Source: a bacterium
Lineage (GTDB): Bacteria; UBA10199; JAIBAG01
DNA length: 64,000 nt
NCBI GenBank assembly: GCA_019695305.1
Contig: JAIBAG010000001.1
Span: forward strand, 18,774-82,773
Direction of reading: 5' to 3'
In this document: positions 1 to 9,401 of the stretch, piece after piece
Position numbering within the stretch: position 1 is the stretch's first letter
How the letters are laid out: every line of letters starts with the position of its first letter
Notes under the pieces: generated by a model
Told to the model about the DNA's origin: nothing
What the model saw: only the letters and a program-made list of their open reading frames with translations
Database searches by the model: none
Position numbers and translations under genes: made by a program

Positions 1-1453
1 CATTGCCTTCATAAAAAGCTCTTAACGTTTCATCCACTACATCCTTCACGCTTTTAAAATTCTGATCTTGGCCAAAAATATCATCCCCTTTAAAATAATT
101 TTTAATGAGCTCAAGGCGAAAGATAATTCCTAGAATATTTTCGTTTATATGCCCGGTTACATTTTGTATAGTTGATACAAGTAATGCATATTCATCCACT
201 AATCTGTCTTTTGCTTCAGCATTTAAACGGGGCCATGTTGTATTAATAATAGGCGCTATTCGCTCATCATGAAAAGCCTCATCCAGTAAACGCGCTACCC
301 AGTTGGCATTATCTTTTAACCCCCCCGGGATATCGTGGCGTAATGCATGGCCGGTTTCTGCTTCAAGTGTTTCTTCATTAAGAATTCTTGCTAAAGCCCT
401 ATGCGCCAAATCGTCCGGAATAATGCGTGCATGGCCCGTTACAATATCACGGTACATTTTTTCTAGTTTACGCCATGTAAGATCAAGATTTGCTACTCTC
501 TTTTTTTCTGCAGGTAACAGTGGATAAAGATATTCTGCTAAATATCGTGCCTCTTGCCAGGTTAATAAATCAGGTCTTGTATAGTCTTGCCCAGTGCCTA
601 TTATTGAACTCGCGTCAATAAAACCGCATTTTTCTAATGCATTAATAAATTCACGCCGTTTTTCTGCGTTGTGACCGATGTACTGAACAACATCATTCGT
701 TATTTCTATTTCACCTAAATCATAATAAAGGCACATCTCTAACGCCACATTTGGCTTTTCACCTGCTTGCATGCACAGGATAAGAATTTTTTTAATTTCG
801 GGATAATCGGGTTCATCTTCTGTAAAACCGGCTTCTTCTAAAATGGCTTCAGCGGTTTCTGATATATTTTCATCATCACCGGCGCTCATACGCAGGCCCT
901 CAATCTCCGGTTCTTCTGGCTCTGCATGGGGCTTTGGGGGGATAACAAGGGGCAATACAGGCTCCCCTGGTTTTTTATGTTGCTCTTCCGGGTCTACAAC
1001 AACAGTGGGGGTATTTTCCAAATCAATCTCTTGTTCTTGGTACGGTGAAAAACCCAGTTCACTAGTTTCTGTATTGTGACTTTCCAATTCACAAACACCT
1101 AAATCAATTTCCAAATTTTGAGGTGTTTCATAATGAACAGAATTTTTGCCTAATACAGGACCTCTAAAAGTAAAAACCATGCCCTTATCAATTACTGGAG
1201 CATGGCAAGCGTAGGGATTTGCTAATTCACAATATACTCCAGGAGTTAAAAAGGCACCTAAGGCTAAGGCGCTTGTTGCGGGCGCAGCAATAGGGGTACG
1301 CACTGCCTTTTTAGCCACTTCTTTTGCCGCACTGGCAGCGGGAATAACAATTTGAGGTGGTGGCATTACAAAAGCTGGTAAAGGTTCTGACCTTGCTTCT
1401 TCAAACCACGATGTTTGATCGAGATACAGAGTCGTTAAATCGACAGGGCTCAT
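1..1453 (-). CDS. Hypothetical single-pass membrane protein. It is partial: the ATG lies at 1451-1453 and the C-terminus runs past the left edge of the window.
   Basis: Continuous minus-strand frame from the ATG through position 1. One predicted TM helix (ALALGAFLTPGVY) is followed by a Pro/Glu-rich linker. The first ~80 aa resemble the N-terminus of the next gene (1459..2454). Confidence 0.5.
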   Translation of the reverse strand, partial: MSPVDLTTLYLDQTSWFEEARSEPLPAFVMPPPQIVIPAASAAKEVAKKAVRTPIAAPATSALALGAFLTPGVYCELANPYACHAPVIDKGMVFTFRGPVLGKNSVHYETPQNLEIDLGVCELESHNTETSELGFSPYQEQEIDLENTPTVVVDPEEQHKKPGEPVLPLVIPPKPHAEPEEPEIEGLRMSAGDDENISETAEAILEEAGFTEDEPDYPEIKKILILCMQAGEKPNVALEMCLYYDLGEIEITNDVVQYIGHNAEKRREFINALEKCGFIDASSIIGTGQDYTRPDLLTWQEARYLAEYLYPLLPAEKKRVANLDLTWRKLEKMYRDIVTGHARIIPDDLAHRALARILNEETLEAETGHALRHDIPGGLKDNANWVARLLDEAFHDERIAPIINTTWPRLNAEAKDRLVDEYALLVSTIQNVTGHINENILGIIFRLELIKNYFKGDDIFGQDQNFKSVKDVVDETLRAFYEGN

Positions 1454-1458
1454 AAAAA

Positions 1459-2454
1459 TTAATCGATCCCGGGAGGTTTTGCACTGCCTTTTTCAATTGA
1501 AAAAAATTGAGATAAGTACTGCACGGCAGGATCTAAACCAGATACATCATCATGTGAAAACATGGTTGCTTCACCAAAATATTGATCATTTTGAGTAGGG
1601 AAATTTCCGCTTTGACCATCCACAAGCATGTCTCCACTCTCATCAATTCTTATCCACCCCGCTGCAATACCCCTTGGGGCAATACGATCCGCCATTTTAG
1701 CAGCATAAGCCCCTGCCATATGCGCATCTGTTGGCCTGATGAGGTAGAGATAGTAATGATCTTTCCCATCTGTTCCATTAGTTTGACGCACCAAATGATA
1801 TTTGTATGCTCCAGAAAAACTTTTCGTAGTATCAGCGCCATAATATTGAATTGTTAATTTATTTCCATTGTCCAACATAATTGTAACGCGTTTGGGAAAA
1901 GTTGTTTTAGCACGCGATGTGTTATTTTTCCAATTTAGCTCTGTTAAATCGGATACCTTCTCACTTATGTGTTGTTCGTTTGATTCTGGATTATCTGCGC
2001 TCATCATAATTTCTTCGCTTGCAGATTCTTTGGGCTCTTCGGGATTGCGTGGAATTATAACCACTGGGGCCGAAGGCGGTTGGCCAATTGTGGTAGCGGG
2101 ATCGGACAAAGGAGAAAATTTAATTTTTGTTTCGGGGTTTTCTAAATCAACTTCTGGATCTTCGTAAGGAGTAAAACCAGGTTCTTCAAGGGTTGGATTA
2201 ATATCCTCCTCGCTGCCACTCAAATACCACACGGTACCAAGGCTGCCTGCAGCCAAAGCAAGGCCCCACGGTCCAGGTATTTTGGGTAACCTTGCAAAGC
2301 GTGCGGCATTTACGGCCAAACCTTCAGTGGCTTGTGGTAAAAACGGGGGGGCAAATAAAGGCAACGGTGCCGGATCACTTTTTTCCGGAAGTACCGATTC
2401 GTTTTCGTAAAAATACCAAGGTGTTTGTAAACCGTTTATTGCATCAGTTCCCAT
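1459..2454 (-). CDS. Hypothetical single-pass membrane protein of 331 aa with a Pro-rich linker. Its N-terminus is paralogous to the partial gene at 1..1453.
   Basis: ORF from the six-frame track. A TM helix (GLALAAGSLGTVWYL) is followed by a PEEP-rich linker and a C-terminal globular domain. It sits directly downstream of the large secreted protein in the same orientation. Confidence 0.55.
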   Translation of the reverse strand: MGTDAINGLQTPWYFYENESVLPEKSDPAPLPLFAPPFLPQATEGLAVNAARFARLPKIPGPWGLALAAGSLGTVWYLSGSEEDINPTLEEPGFTPYEDPEVDLENPETKIKFSPLSDPATTIGQPPSAPVVIIPRNPEEPKESASEEIMMSADNPESNEQHISEKVSDLTELNWKNNTSRAKTTFPKRVTIMLDNGNKLTIQYYGADTTKSFSGAYKYHLVRQTNGTDGKDHYYLYLIRPTDAHMAGAYAAKMADRIAPRGIAAGWIRIDESGDMLVDGQSGNFPTQNDQYFGEATMFSHDDVSGLDPAVQYLSQFFSIEKGSAKPPGID

Positions 2455-2457
2455 AAA

Positions 2458-4803
2458 TTATCCTAATTTTCGTTTTAAGAAATAAATCCCCATAAGCGGC
2501 ATCCACAACATAACAAATGCCAAATTAAAACTGCTGTTAGCAGGTGCTAAACTACAACCACCACCGCTGCTGCCACCAGCTTTGTTGCTATCGCCAGGGT
2601 TTTGGCTATTGCCTGTATCGGTACCAGTTGGGCTGGTTTCGGGATCGGAGGTAGTTTCAGAGTCGTCTGATACTTCCGGCTCGTCAGACGGGTCGGATTC
2701 TTCGGAGATGTCCGATTCGTCCGATTCACCTGAAGTATCACCACTATCTACTTCTTCGTTATTAACCGTATCCACACAATCGGCCAAACCATCGCTATCA
2801 ACATCGCTAAAGCTTTCATCAATAGCGCCGTCGCCGTCGTTGTCTAAACCGTCACATTCTTCGGTGTCTACGCAATCGGCAACACCATCGGTATCGTTAT
2901 CTGAAAATCCTTCGTCAATAGTGCCATTGCCATCATTATCAAGTCCGTCGCACGTTTCTTCTTCGGCACAGTTCATAACGCCATCGCCGTCGGTATCACC
3001 TGTATCCAAACCTTCGTCATATTCACCGTTGCAATTGTTGTCTTCTCCGTCACAGGTTTCGGGAGAATCGGGTGTGAGTACGTTAATGTTATTGTCATCG
3101 CAGTCCTGATTATTAGTGACAAAATTGGGTGATGTTTTGCAGGTGTAAAATGATTCACCAGCTCCATAACCGTCGCTATCGCTATCCACATAATATTGTG
3201 TAGCAGCACAATTTAATTCGAATGCTCCTATGTCACATTTGGTATTGTTAGCGGGTATTGCAGTTCCAGCTTGATCGTAAGATAAAGGTAAGCCATCAAT
3301 ATTGGTGCATTGTGTATTTTCAGCTGCATCCAAGGCTAAACCGGCTATGGTAGGAAGATAGCCCGCTTTATAACCATTCAGTATAATTGGATCTACAGAT
3401 ACTTGAGCGTCATCGCTTACAAAAGTAGTTACATCTGTTTCGGTTGAGTACACCACATCGCTACCCACAACACTTAAGCCTACAATATGAATAATAGTAT
3501 CGGGATAAGAACTGGCGTAGTTATCCATATAAATTTCGTTAGTAGCGCTGTTGTTGTGATTGTTTTGATTAAAAATGTTGTGCTTAAAAATAGCGGCAGT
3601 TTCGGTGATGTCGGTAAAATATATTCCGCCACCTTGAGGATCGGTGCTCGTGGTTTCAACAGTATTGTTTACAATAGTGGAATACGAAATGGCTAATGGG
3701 GTATTACTATAAATACCACCGCCTTGAGGGTTGCCATCATTAAGCATAGATATGGCTTTGTTATCGATAATACTAATTTGATTTAAACTAACTTGGGCGA
3801 TTGAAATGTAGTCGCTTGGTTGACGATCGACAATATATAGCGCTCCGCCTTGGCTGGCCTGATTATTGGCAAAGTTTATTTGATTGGCATCTATATTTAA
3901 AGGTATGAGACAGGTGTTTACATCGAGGCAAGCTGTAGATTGAGTAAATGCAAAAGCACCACCATGCAAAGCCTTGTTATTGTTAAACTGGATTTGTCCG
4001 CCTAGTAGAGATGAGTTTTCGAGATTGATGGCGCCACCGTCGGTAGCGGATTCATTTCCATCAAATATCATTTTAGCAAGGAAAGTATAGCCAGTGTCTG
4101 CATAAATAGCGCCGCCGCCAAGTGCAGCTTTGTTGTTTTTAAAAATGTTATAGGCTGTTGGTATAGCGTCACTAATATTGGAAATTAAAAGACCTTTAGA
4201 TGACTTAATGGCACCGCCGGTTCCTGCAGTTGTATTGTTTTCAAACACGCAACCATTTAAGAGATTAATTGAGCCCTTGCCAAAAGTTGTGGCATTTAAA
4301 ACGATGGCGCCTCCACCAGAAAACGATGTTGTAGACGCGTTATTTAAAAATGAGGTGTGATTAAGTGTGATGGAAAAATCGCCTGTTATGCCAAGAACAC
4401 CGGCTGAGGTATCGGTAAAATTTTGAAAGGTCAAATTTTCAAAATTAACTTTTTTAGCGCTTGTCGTTGAAAAATTGCTGGTTAAGATATTGGAAAAGCG
4501 GCGGTTTGCGTTATTGGTTCCATCTATCACCGCTGGGTTTGTAGAAGTTCCTTTTATGGTGAGTTCGGCACGAATACTCATGCGTCCTAAATCGATTGAA
4601 TACGGACCTTCCTGATTAAGTTCGATAGTATCAAGATCAGCTGTTAGATTGGCCTTAAGTATAGCTTCGCGGAGAGAGCAATCGGTATCGCAGGCACCGT
4701 CATTTGTATCGGCTGTTTTAGTAACCATGATGGTTTCGGCCTGGGCTGCAAGTGAAAAAAAAGTGAGCGTTAAAAGTGCTAAAAGTTTAATTGTATGTTT
4801 CAT
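2458..4803 (-). CDS. Large secreted beta-helix repeat protein with MopE-like Cys/Asp repeats, an acidic Ser/Asp/Glu tail and a MYXO-CTERM-like C-terminal sorting signal
   Basis: Signal peptide MKHTIKLLALLTLTFFSLAAQA. The ATG at 4801-4803 is preferred over the upstream extension, and a GAGGAT Shine-Dalgarno sits 7 nt upstream. GGGAI/GGAL beta-helix repeats of the pectate-lyase/Pmp type are present. There are four CDG(E/L)DNDxNGxxDE repeats. The C-terminus is GGGCSLAP, then a hydrophobic stretch, then KRK. Confidence 0.7.
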   Translation of the reverse strand: MKHTIKLLALLTLTFFSLAAQAETIMVTKTADTNDGACDTDCSLREAILKANLTADLDTIELNQEGPYSIDLGRMSIRAELTIKGTSTNPAVIDGTNNANRRFSNILTSNFSTTSAKKVNFENLTFQNFTDTSAGVLGITGDFSITLNHTSFLNNASTTSFSGGGAIVLNATTFGKGSINLLNGCVFENNTTAGTGGAIKSSKGLLISNISDAIPTAYNIFKNNKAALGGGAIYADTGYTFLAKMIFDGNESATDGGAINLENSSLLGGQIQFNNNKALHGGAFAFTQSTACLDVNTCLIPLNIDANQINFANNQASQGGALYIVDRQPSDYISIAQVSLNQISIIDNKAISMLNDGNPQGGGIYSNTPLAISYSTIVNNTVETTSTDPQGGGIYFTDITETAAIFKHNIFNQNNHNNSATNEIYMDNYASSYPDTIIHIVGLSVVGSDVVYSTETDVTTFVSDDAQVSVDPIILNGYKAGYLPTIAGLALDAAENTQCTNIDGLPLSYDQAGTAIPANNTKCDIGAFELNCAATQYYVDSDSDGYGAGESFYTCKTSPNFVTNNQDCDDNNINVLTPDSPETCDGEDNNCNGEYDEGLDTGDTDGDGVMNCAEEETCDGLDNDGNGTIDEGFSDNDTDGVADCVDTEECDGLDNDGDGAIDESFSDVDSDGLADCVDTVNNEEVDSGDTSGESDESDISEESDPSDEPEVSDDSETTSDPETSPTGTDTGNSQNPGDSNKAGGSSGGGCSLAPANSSFNLAFVMLWMPLMGIYFLKRKLG

Positions 4804-4933
4804 ATTCGATATCCTCAAAAAATGTTCGTACACTATTATCGGTTTAACATCTAAATAAGTTGCCTGGTTGGCTTATTTTTTTTAAAAAAAATAAATTCCT
4901 ATAATAACTAAATTAAATCAATAAGTTATATAA

Positions 4934-6250
4934 TTAGCTTAGCTCCGTGGCCATCATTTTGGCTGATAATACAGCCGATTCAATGGTGGCCGGGTAGCCG
5001 GTTTGGGTCCAGTCACCGATTACATAGAAATTATCGAAGGGGGATTTTTGAGGGGGGCGTAATTTGTCACTTTGAGGCGTAATCGACATGGTGGCATTTA
5101 CTTCCTTATTCACCAAGCTATGGATGAGTGAGGCTTCGTTTGCTTTGGGAAAAAGAGATTTAAATTCACTCAAAGCAAAAGCCATGATCTCTTCTTTCCC
5201 ACTATTCAAGAGATCATAAGCCCCGCTAATAACCCCCATATAATGATACGGTGGATGCGTGATATCGGATATTCTATTTTTATCAAACCACCAATGCACC
5301 TTTTTATCGGCCGCCCCCACAAACATATCGTCCATTATCGGGCGATCGAACCATAAGTTGATGGAAACAATTGGCGCTGTTTCTATTTTTTTAAGATTCG
5401 AAAAATAAGGAAGTTTTTCTACAAAACCTTCGGGAATAAGAGGCAACAAAGAGTTAGGCGGGAGGCTACTCACTACGAGATCCGCTTTAAAATGTTCTTT
5501 ATCCGTTTCTACCATCTGAACTTTGTTATCGAGCACATGAATTTTTTTTACACCACATCCTTTTATTACCTTGTGCCCTCTTAGTGTAAGATACTGCTCG
5601 GCCGGGTTAGCCAAAATATCGGAGAGATGCGTTTTAGCAATAATCAAACGTGAGTCAAAAACACTGCCTAAAATTCCTTTGGCCAATACTACAGCGAGCA
5701 TTGAAGCGGAGGCGCGTTTAGGATCATCATTGAGAGTAGCCAGCGTTAAGATATCCCAAAAATTTTTCTGAGAAAACTCGCTTTGATTTAATTTTTTAAG
5801 CCAGGGGGTAACGGTTAGCCCTTCCATATCATTTTTTTGGAGCGATTTTTGAAGTGCCACAAGCCCCAGCTTGTCTTTGAATGTAAGCGCTTTAAAGTTA
5901 AGAAAGGCGCGTAATAAATTAAGCGGTGGTTTTAAATCTGTAAGCTTAAAAATAGTTTTTTCGCCGTTTTCTAAAACAAGAGGAACTACGGTGGGATTTA
6001 AAATATTAAGATGGCGTTTTACACCCAGATAATCAAATAATTTAAGCGTTTCGTGATACGCTCCCATCATGAGATGCTGTCCGTTATCCACCCAGCTTCC
6101 CGTTTTTTTATCCTGAAAGGCATAGGCGCGCCCGCCCAAGAGAGGTTTCCGTTCGATTAAGGTGACAGCATAGCCCAACGCATCCAAATGGATAGCGGCG
6201 GCAATACCCGCAAAACCTCCGCCGATGATGATGGCCGTATTTTTACTCAT
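4934..6250 (-). CDS. hpnE: FAD-dependent oxidoreductase, HpnE-like squalene-associated desaturase (hydroxysqualene dehydroxylase)
   Basis: N-terminal Rossmann fold IIIGGGFAGIAAA...LIERKPLLGGRA, then DNGQHLMMGAY, the pattern of the HpnE / amine oxidase family. The internal ATG at 6248-6250 is chosen as start. Confidence 0.65.
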   Translation of the reverse strand: MSKNTAIIIGGGFAGIAAAIHLDALGYAVTLIERKPLLGGRAYAFQDKKTGSWVDNGQHLMMGAYHETLKLFDYLGVKRHLNILNPTVVPLVLENGEKTIFKLTDLKPPLNLLRAFLNFKALTFKDKLGLVALQKSLQKNDMEGLTVTPWLKKLNQSEFSQKNFWDILTLATLNDDPKRASASMLAVVLAKGILGSVFDSRLIIAKTHLSDILANPAEQYLTLRGHKVIKGCGVKKIHVLDNKVQMVETDKEHFKADLVVSSLPPNSLLPLIPEGFVEKLPYFSNLKKIETAPIVSINLWFDRPIMDDMFVGAADKKVHWWFDKNRISDITHPPYHYMGVISGAYDLLNSGKEEIMAFALSEFKSLFPKANEASLIHSLVNKEVNATMSITPQSDKLRPPQKSPFDNFYVIGDWTQTGYPATIESAVLSAKMMATELS

Positions 6251-6252
6251 GA

Positions 6253-7167
6253 TTATGTTCGTAAGGGCACACGGCCGTGTGCCCCTACAAGACAATGTTG
6301 CAAACAATTTTCTAAATTTGGATATTGAAACTGAAACCCGACTTTTGTTAACACGTGCGGATATACACGCGTGCTACCCAATAATAAATTTTGAGCCATC
6401 TCGCCCAACGCTAGTTTTAAAGCAAAGCCTGGTACAGGTAAAACTGTTGGTCGCTTTAAAACCTTACCGAGCGTTGCGGTAAATTCTTTATTAGTCACAG
6501 GCTGTGGAGAAACCAAATTTACCGGACCTGTTATTTCTTTTTGCACAATAAATTGAAACGAATTTATCCAATCGTCCAAATCAATCCAGCTCATATATTG
6601 CTGGCCGCTCCCCACAACACCACCTGCCCCCATTTTAAACGGCAAGTACATTTTAGATAACGCACCACCTTTAAGACTCAACACAATACCCGTGCGTAAA
6701 TAAGTGATAGGAACATTTTTTAAATGCTTAGTTTCATTTTCCCAGGCTACGCACACTTCTGGCAAAAAACCTGTGCCAGGTTCTGATTTTTCATCCAGCT
6801 TTTCATCACCACGCAACCCATAATAACCAATGGCCGAAGCTTGAAGATAATGTGCCGGTTTATTTTTAACTTTATTAAGAGCACCGCACAAAAGACGGGT
6901 AGATAAAATGCGGCTATCAATAATTTTCTTTTTTTGTTTATCGGTCCAGCGACCCGCGGCAATATTTTCACCGGAGAGATGAATAACAACATCGAAATTC
7001 TCAAGACTTTTTGGATCTAAAACTTGTTTTTCAATATCCCAAAAAATTTCGTTTTTATTTTTCGGCTGATGACGAACTAATTTATAAATTTGATCGTCAG
7101 GAAATGACTGGCTAATAGCCTGACCAATTAATCCCGAAGCACCTGAAATGAGAATTCGTCTCCCCAT
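6253..7167 (-). CDS. TIGR01777 family epimerase/oxidoreductase (YfcH-like, SDR fold with a DUF1731 C-terminus)
   Basis: N-terminal MGRRILISGASGLIGQ Rossmann motif. Length and C-terminal region fit YfcH. The start is taken at the MGRR ATG at 7165-7167. Confidence 0.7.
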   Translation of the reverse strand: MGRRILISGASGLIGQAISQSFPDDQIYKLVRHQPKNKNEIFWDIEKQVLDPKSLENFDVVIHLSGENIAAGRWTDKQKKKIIDSRILSTRLLCGALNKVKNKPAHYLQASAIGYYGLRGDEKLDEKSEPGTGFLPEVCVAWENETKHLKNVPITYLRTGIVLSLKGGALSKMYLPFKMGAGGVVGSGQQYMSWIDLDDWINSFQFIVQKEITGPVNLVSPQPVTNKEFTATLGKVLKRPTVLPVPGFALKLALGEMAQNLLLGSTRVYPHVLTKVGFQFQYPNLENCLQHCLVGAHGRVPLRT

Positions 7168-7190
7168 ACTCACATAAACACACAAAAGTA

Positions 7191-7349
7191 GTAATCTTTG
7201 AATACTTTTTTATTTTTTTGTAAATATGCGTCTCACCAACAAGCCCTCACCCTGCCATCCAAAAGCCCATCTTCACAGAACTTGTGAGGGCGTCATCTAA
7301 TAGACAGACTTCAGATTTACAAAAAAATAAAAAAGTATTCAAAGATTAC
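7191..7349. repeat. Nested-hairpin element, copy 1: 35-bp perfect terminal inverted repeats around a conserved core
   Basis: 7191-7225 (GTAATCTTTGAATACTTTTTTATTTTTTTGTAAAT) is the exact reverse complement of 7315-7349. The core carries an inner hairpin GCCCTCAC...GTGAGGGC and the motif GTCATCTAATAGACAG, which also occurs at 14350-14366. Confidence 0.75.
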
Positions 7350-7939
7350 GGATACAAACGCCCCACCACCCACTCCCCTTTTTCATTTTTACGATAGACA
7401 AAGCGATCGTGCAGGCGATACGGCTGCTCTATCCAAAATTCAATTTTAGAAGGATTTACTCTAAAACCACTCCAATGGGGCGGACGCGGAATTTCCTTAC
7501 CCTTAAACTTTTCAGAAAATTCCTTAAAACGTTTCTCTAAAGTATCACGGCTATCTAACACTTCACTCTGAAGGGAAGCCCAGGCGCCAATTTGGCTATC
7601 TAAAGGACGGGAACGAAAATACTCATCGGCTTCAGCATCACTAACAACACTAACCTTACCTTTAATACGCACCTGTTTTTTTAATTTTTCCCAATAAAAA
7701 TTAAGTGCTGCAACAGGATTCTTTTTTAAAGCGCGTCCTTTCGACGAATTAAAATTGGTAAAAAATACAAAACCATTTTCGTCAAAGCCTTTTAGTAAAA
7801 CAGTGCGGATGTCTGGATACCCGTTATCATCAAGAGTAGCCAGCATCATAGCCTCGGGCATGGAAAGCCCTGCATTTTTTTTGGCTTCTTCAAACCATTG
7901 GCCAAATTGCACAATAGGATTTGGGTTGAGTGCACTCAT
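7346..7939 (-). CDS. pdxH: Pyridoxamine 5'-phosphate oxidase
   Basis: Full-length match to the PdxH family, including the RTVLLKGFDENGFVFFTN region and the C-terminal WxGxR...P motif. Confidence 0.9.
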   Translation of the reverse strand: MSALNPNPIVQFGQWFEEAKKNAGLSMPEAMMLATLDDNGYPDIRTVLLKGFDENGFVFFTNFNSSKGRALKKNPVAALNFYWEKLKKQVRIKGKVSVVSDAEADEYFRSRPLDSQIGAWASLQSEVLDSRDTLEKRFKEFSEKFKGKEIPRPPHWSGFRVNPSKIEFWIEQPYRLHDRFVYRKNEKGEWVVGRLYP

Positions 7940-8913
7940 TAATTTCCCAACACATAGTTAAAAACGAGCGGCGCTACAATGGATGCGTCCGATTCAATAA
8001 TAAAACTGGGTGTGTCGATATTGAGTTTACCCCAAGTAATTTTTTCGTTCGGTACCGCACCGGAATAAGACCCGTATGATGTCGTAGAATCGGAAATTTG
8101 GCAAAAATAACTCCAGTAAGGTACATCGTGCCATTCCAAATCCTGGTACATCATGGGCACCACGCAGATGGGGAAATCGCCGGCAATACCACCACCAATC
8201 TGGAAAAAGCCAACGCCTTTTCCGGAAGAGTTTTGTTTATACCAATCGGCTAGCCACACCATGTATTCGATACCGCTCTTCATGGTAGACGCTTTGAGTT
8301 CTTTTTTAATGACGTACGAGGCAAAAATATTGCCCATGGTAGAATCTTCCCAGCCTGGCACAATGATGGGGATATTTTTTTCGGCCGCAGCCAGCATCCA
8401 AGAATTTTTAGGATCGATTTCGTAATATTGTTTTAATTCGCCCGAGAGCAAAATTTTGTACATGTACTCGTGCGGAAAATAACGTTCGTTCTTTGTTTCG
8501 GCATCTTTCCACACTTTATGGATATGCTTTTGCAAACGACGGAATGCTTCTTCTTCGGGAATACAGGTGTCGGTCACGCGGTTATAGTGATTTTCTAAAA
8601 GATCCCATTCTTGTTGTTTGGAAAGCTCTCGATAGCCCGGCACTCGCTTGTAGTGTGAGTGGGCTACCAGGTTCATGATATCTTCTTCCAGGTTAGCACC
8701 CGTACATGAGATGATTTTCACTTTATCCTGGCGTATCATTTCGGCAAACGAAATACCCAATTCGGCCGTACTCATGGCACCGGCCAGACTTACCAGCATT
8801 TTGCCACCTTGGTCTAAATGGGCAATCCAGCCATCGGCCGCATCACGCACCACAGCGGCATTAAAGTGTTTGTAATTTTTTTGGATAAACTGGGTAATGG
8901 GTCCTTTTGTCAT
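7939..8913 (-). CDS. Deoxyhypusine synthase family protein (DHS-like, possibly homospermidine synthase-like)
   Basis: GGGIAGD and SGAVPNEKITWGKL motifs parallel the GGGIIKHH and SGARPDEAVSWGKI motifs of DHS. Length is 324 aa. Confidence 0.75.
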   Translation of the reverse strand: MTKGPITQFIQKNYKHFNAAVVRDAADGWIAHLDQGGKMLVSLAGAMSTAELGISFAEMIRQDKVKIISCTGANLEEDIMNLVAHSHYKRVPGYRELSKQQEWDLLENHYNRVTDTCIPEEEAFRRLQKHIHKVWKDAETKNERYFPHEYMYKILLSGELKQYYEIDPKNSWMLAAAEKNIPIIVPGWEDSTMGNIFASYVIKKELKASTMKSGIEYMVWLADWYKQNSSGKGVGFFQIGGGIAGDFPICVVPMMYQDLEWHDVPYWSYFCQISDSTTSYGSYSGAVPNEKITWGKLNIDTPSFIIESDASIVAPLVFNYVLGN

Positions 8914-9116
8914 ATATTAGATCTCCTGTGTATGCCGTATGTAGGAAAAAACCCCAAAATGGTCCACTTTTTTTTAAAACTATCCATTTTTTATTTGACG
9001 TAAACCCCAAATCTTAATATCCACCCTGTTCTGTATCCTATATTGGATATAATCTCTCCTCCGATGGTTTGGAAGATGGATTGGGCATATTGCCCGTATT
9101 ATTTAATGGAGTATCT

Positions 9117-9332
9117 ATGAAAACACGCGGTCGCGTAAAATGGTTTAACGATTCTAAAGGTTTTGGTTTTATCGAGCAGGACAATGGCCAGGATGTATTT
9201 GTTCATTATTCAGCCATTGGTGGTGACGGTTATAAATCCCTCCAAGAAGGTCAGGAAGTTGAGTTTGAACTTCAAACTGGTGCTAAGGGCCCTATGGCTC
9301 AAAACGTAACCAAAGTTGAAGCTAACGCTTAA
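9117..9332 (+). CDS. Cold-shock protein, CspA family
   Basis: KGFGFI and [11 protein letters not shown] motifs. ATG at 9117 with a GGAG Shine-Dalgarno 7 nt upstream. The 5' UTR is long. Confidence 0.9.
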   Translation: MKTRGRVKWFNDSKGFGFIEQDNGQDVFVHYSAIGGDGYKSLQEGQEVEFELQTGAKGPMAQNVTKVEANA

Positions 9333-9401
9333 TCTTTTAAACGTTTCTTAAAAATTGAGTTTAAAATTCCCGCTCTATAAGCGGCATGGTTTTTTGCGGC
9401 C

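Noticed and set aside
303-2167. Several 60-100 aa plus-strand ORFs (303..527, 843..1079, 1582..1857, 1868..2167)
   Set aside because: All lie inside longer minus-strand genes with clear protein-like composition, so they are antisense artefacts.
2582-3109. 175-aa Ser/Pro-rich plus-strand ORF (SSDTSGSSDGSDSS...)
   Set aside because: It is the antisense reading of the Asp/Glu/Ser-rich acidic tract of the large minus-strand beta-helix protein. The low-complexity mirror frame has no independent support.
9069-9116. N-terminal extension of the cold-shock gene (TTG-initiated, [16 protein letters not shown])
   Set aside because: Csp proteins start at MKTRG-type sequences. An ATG with a GGAG Shine-Dalgarno is present at 9117. 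Many ORFs in the track begin at non-ATG codons and were trimmed in the same way (e.g. 2458..4833, 17265..18959, 40151, 40626, 51985).
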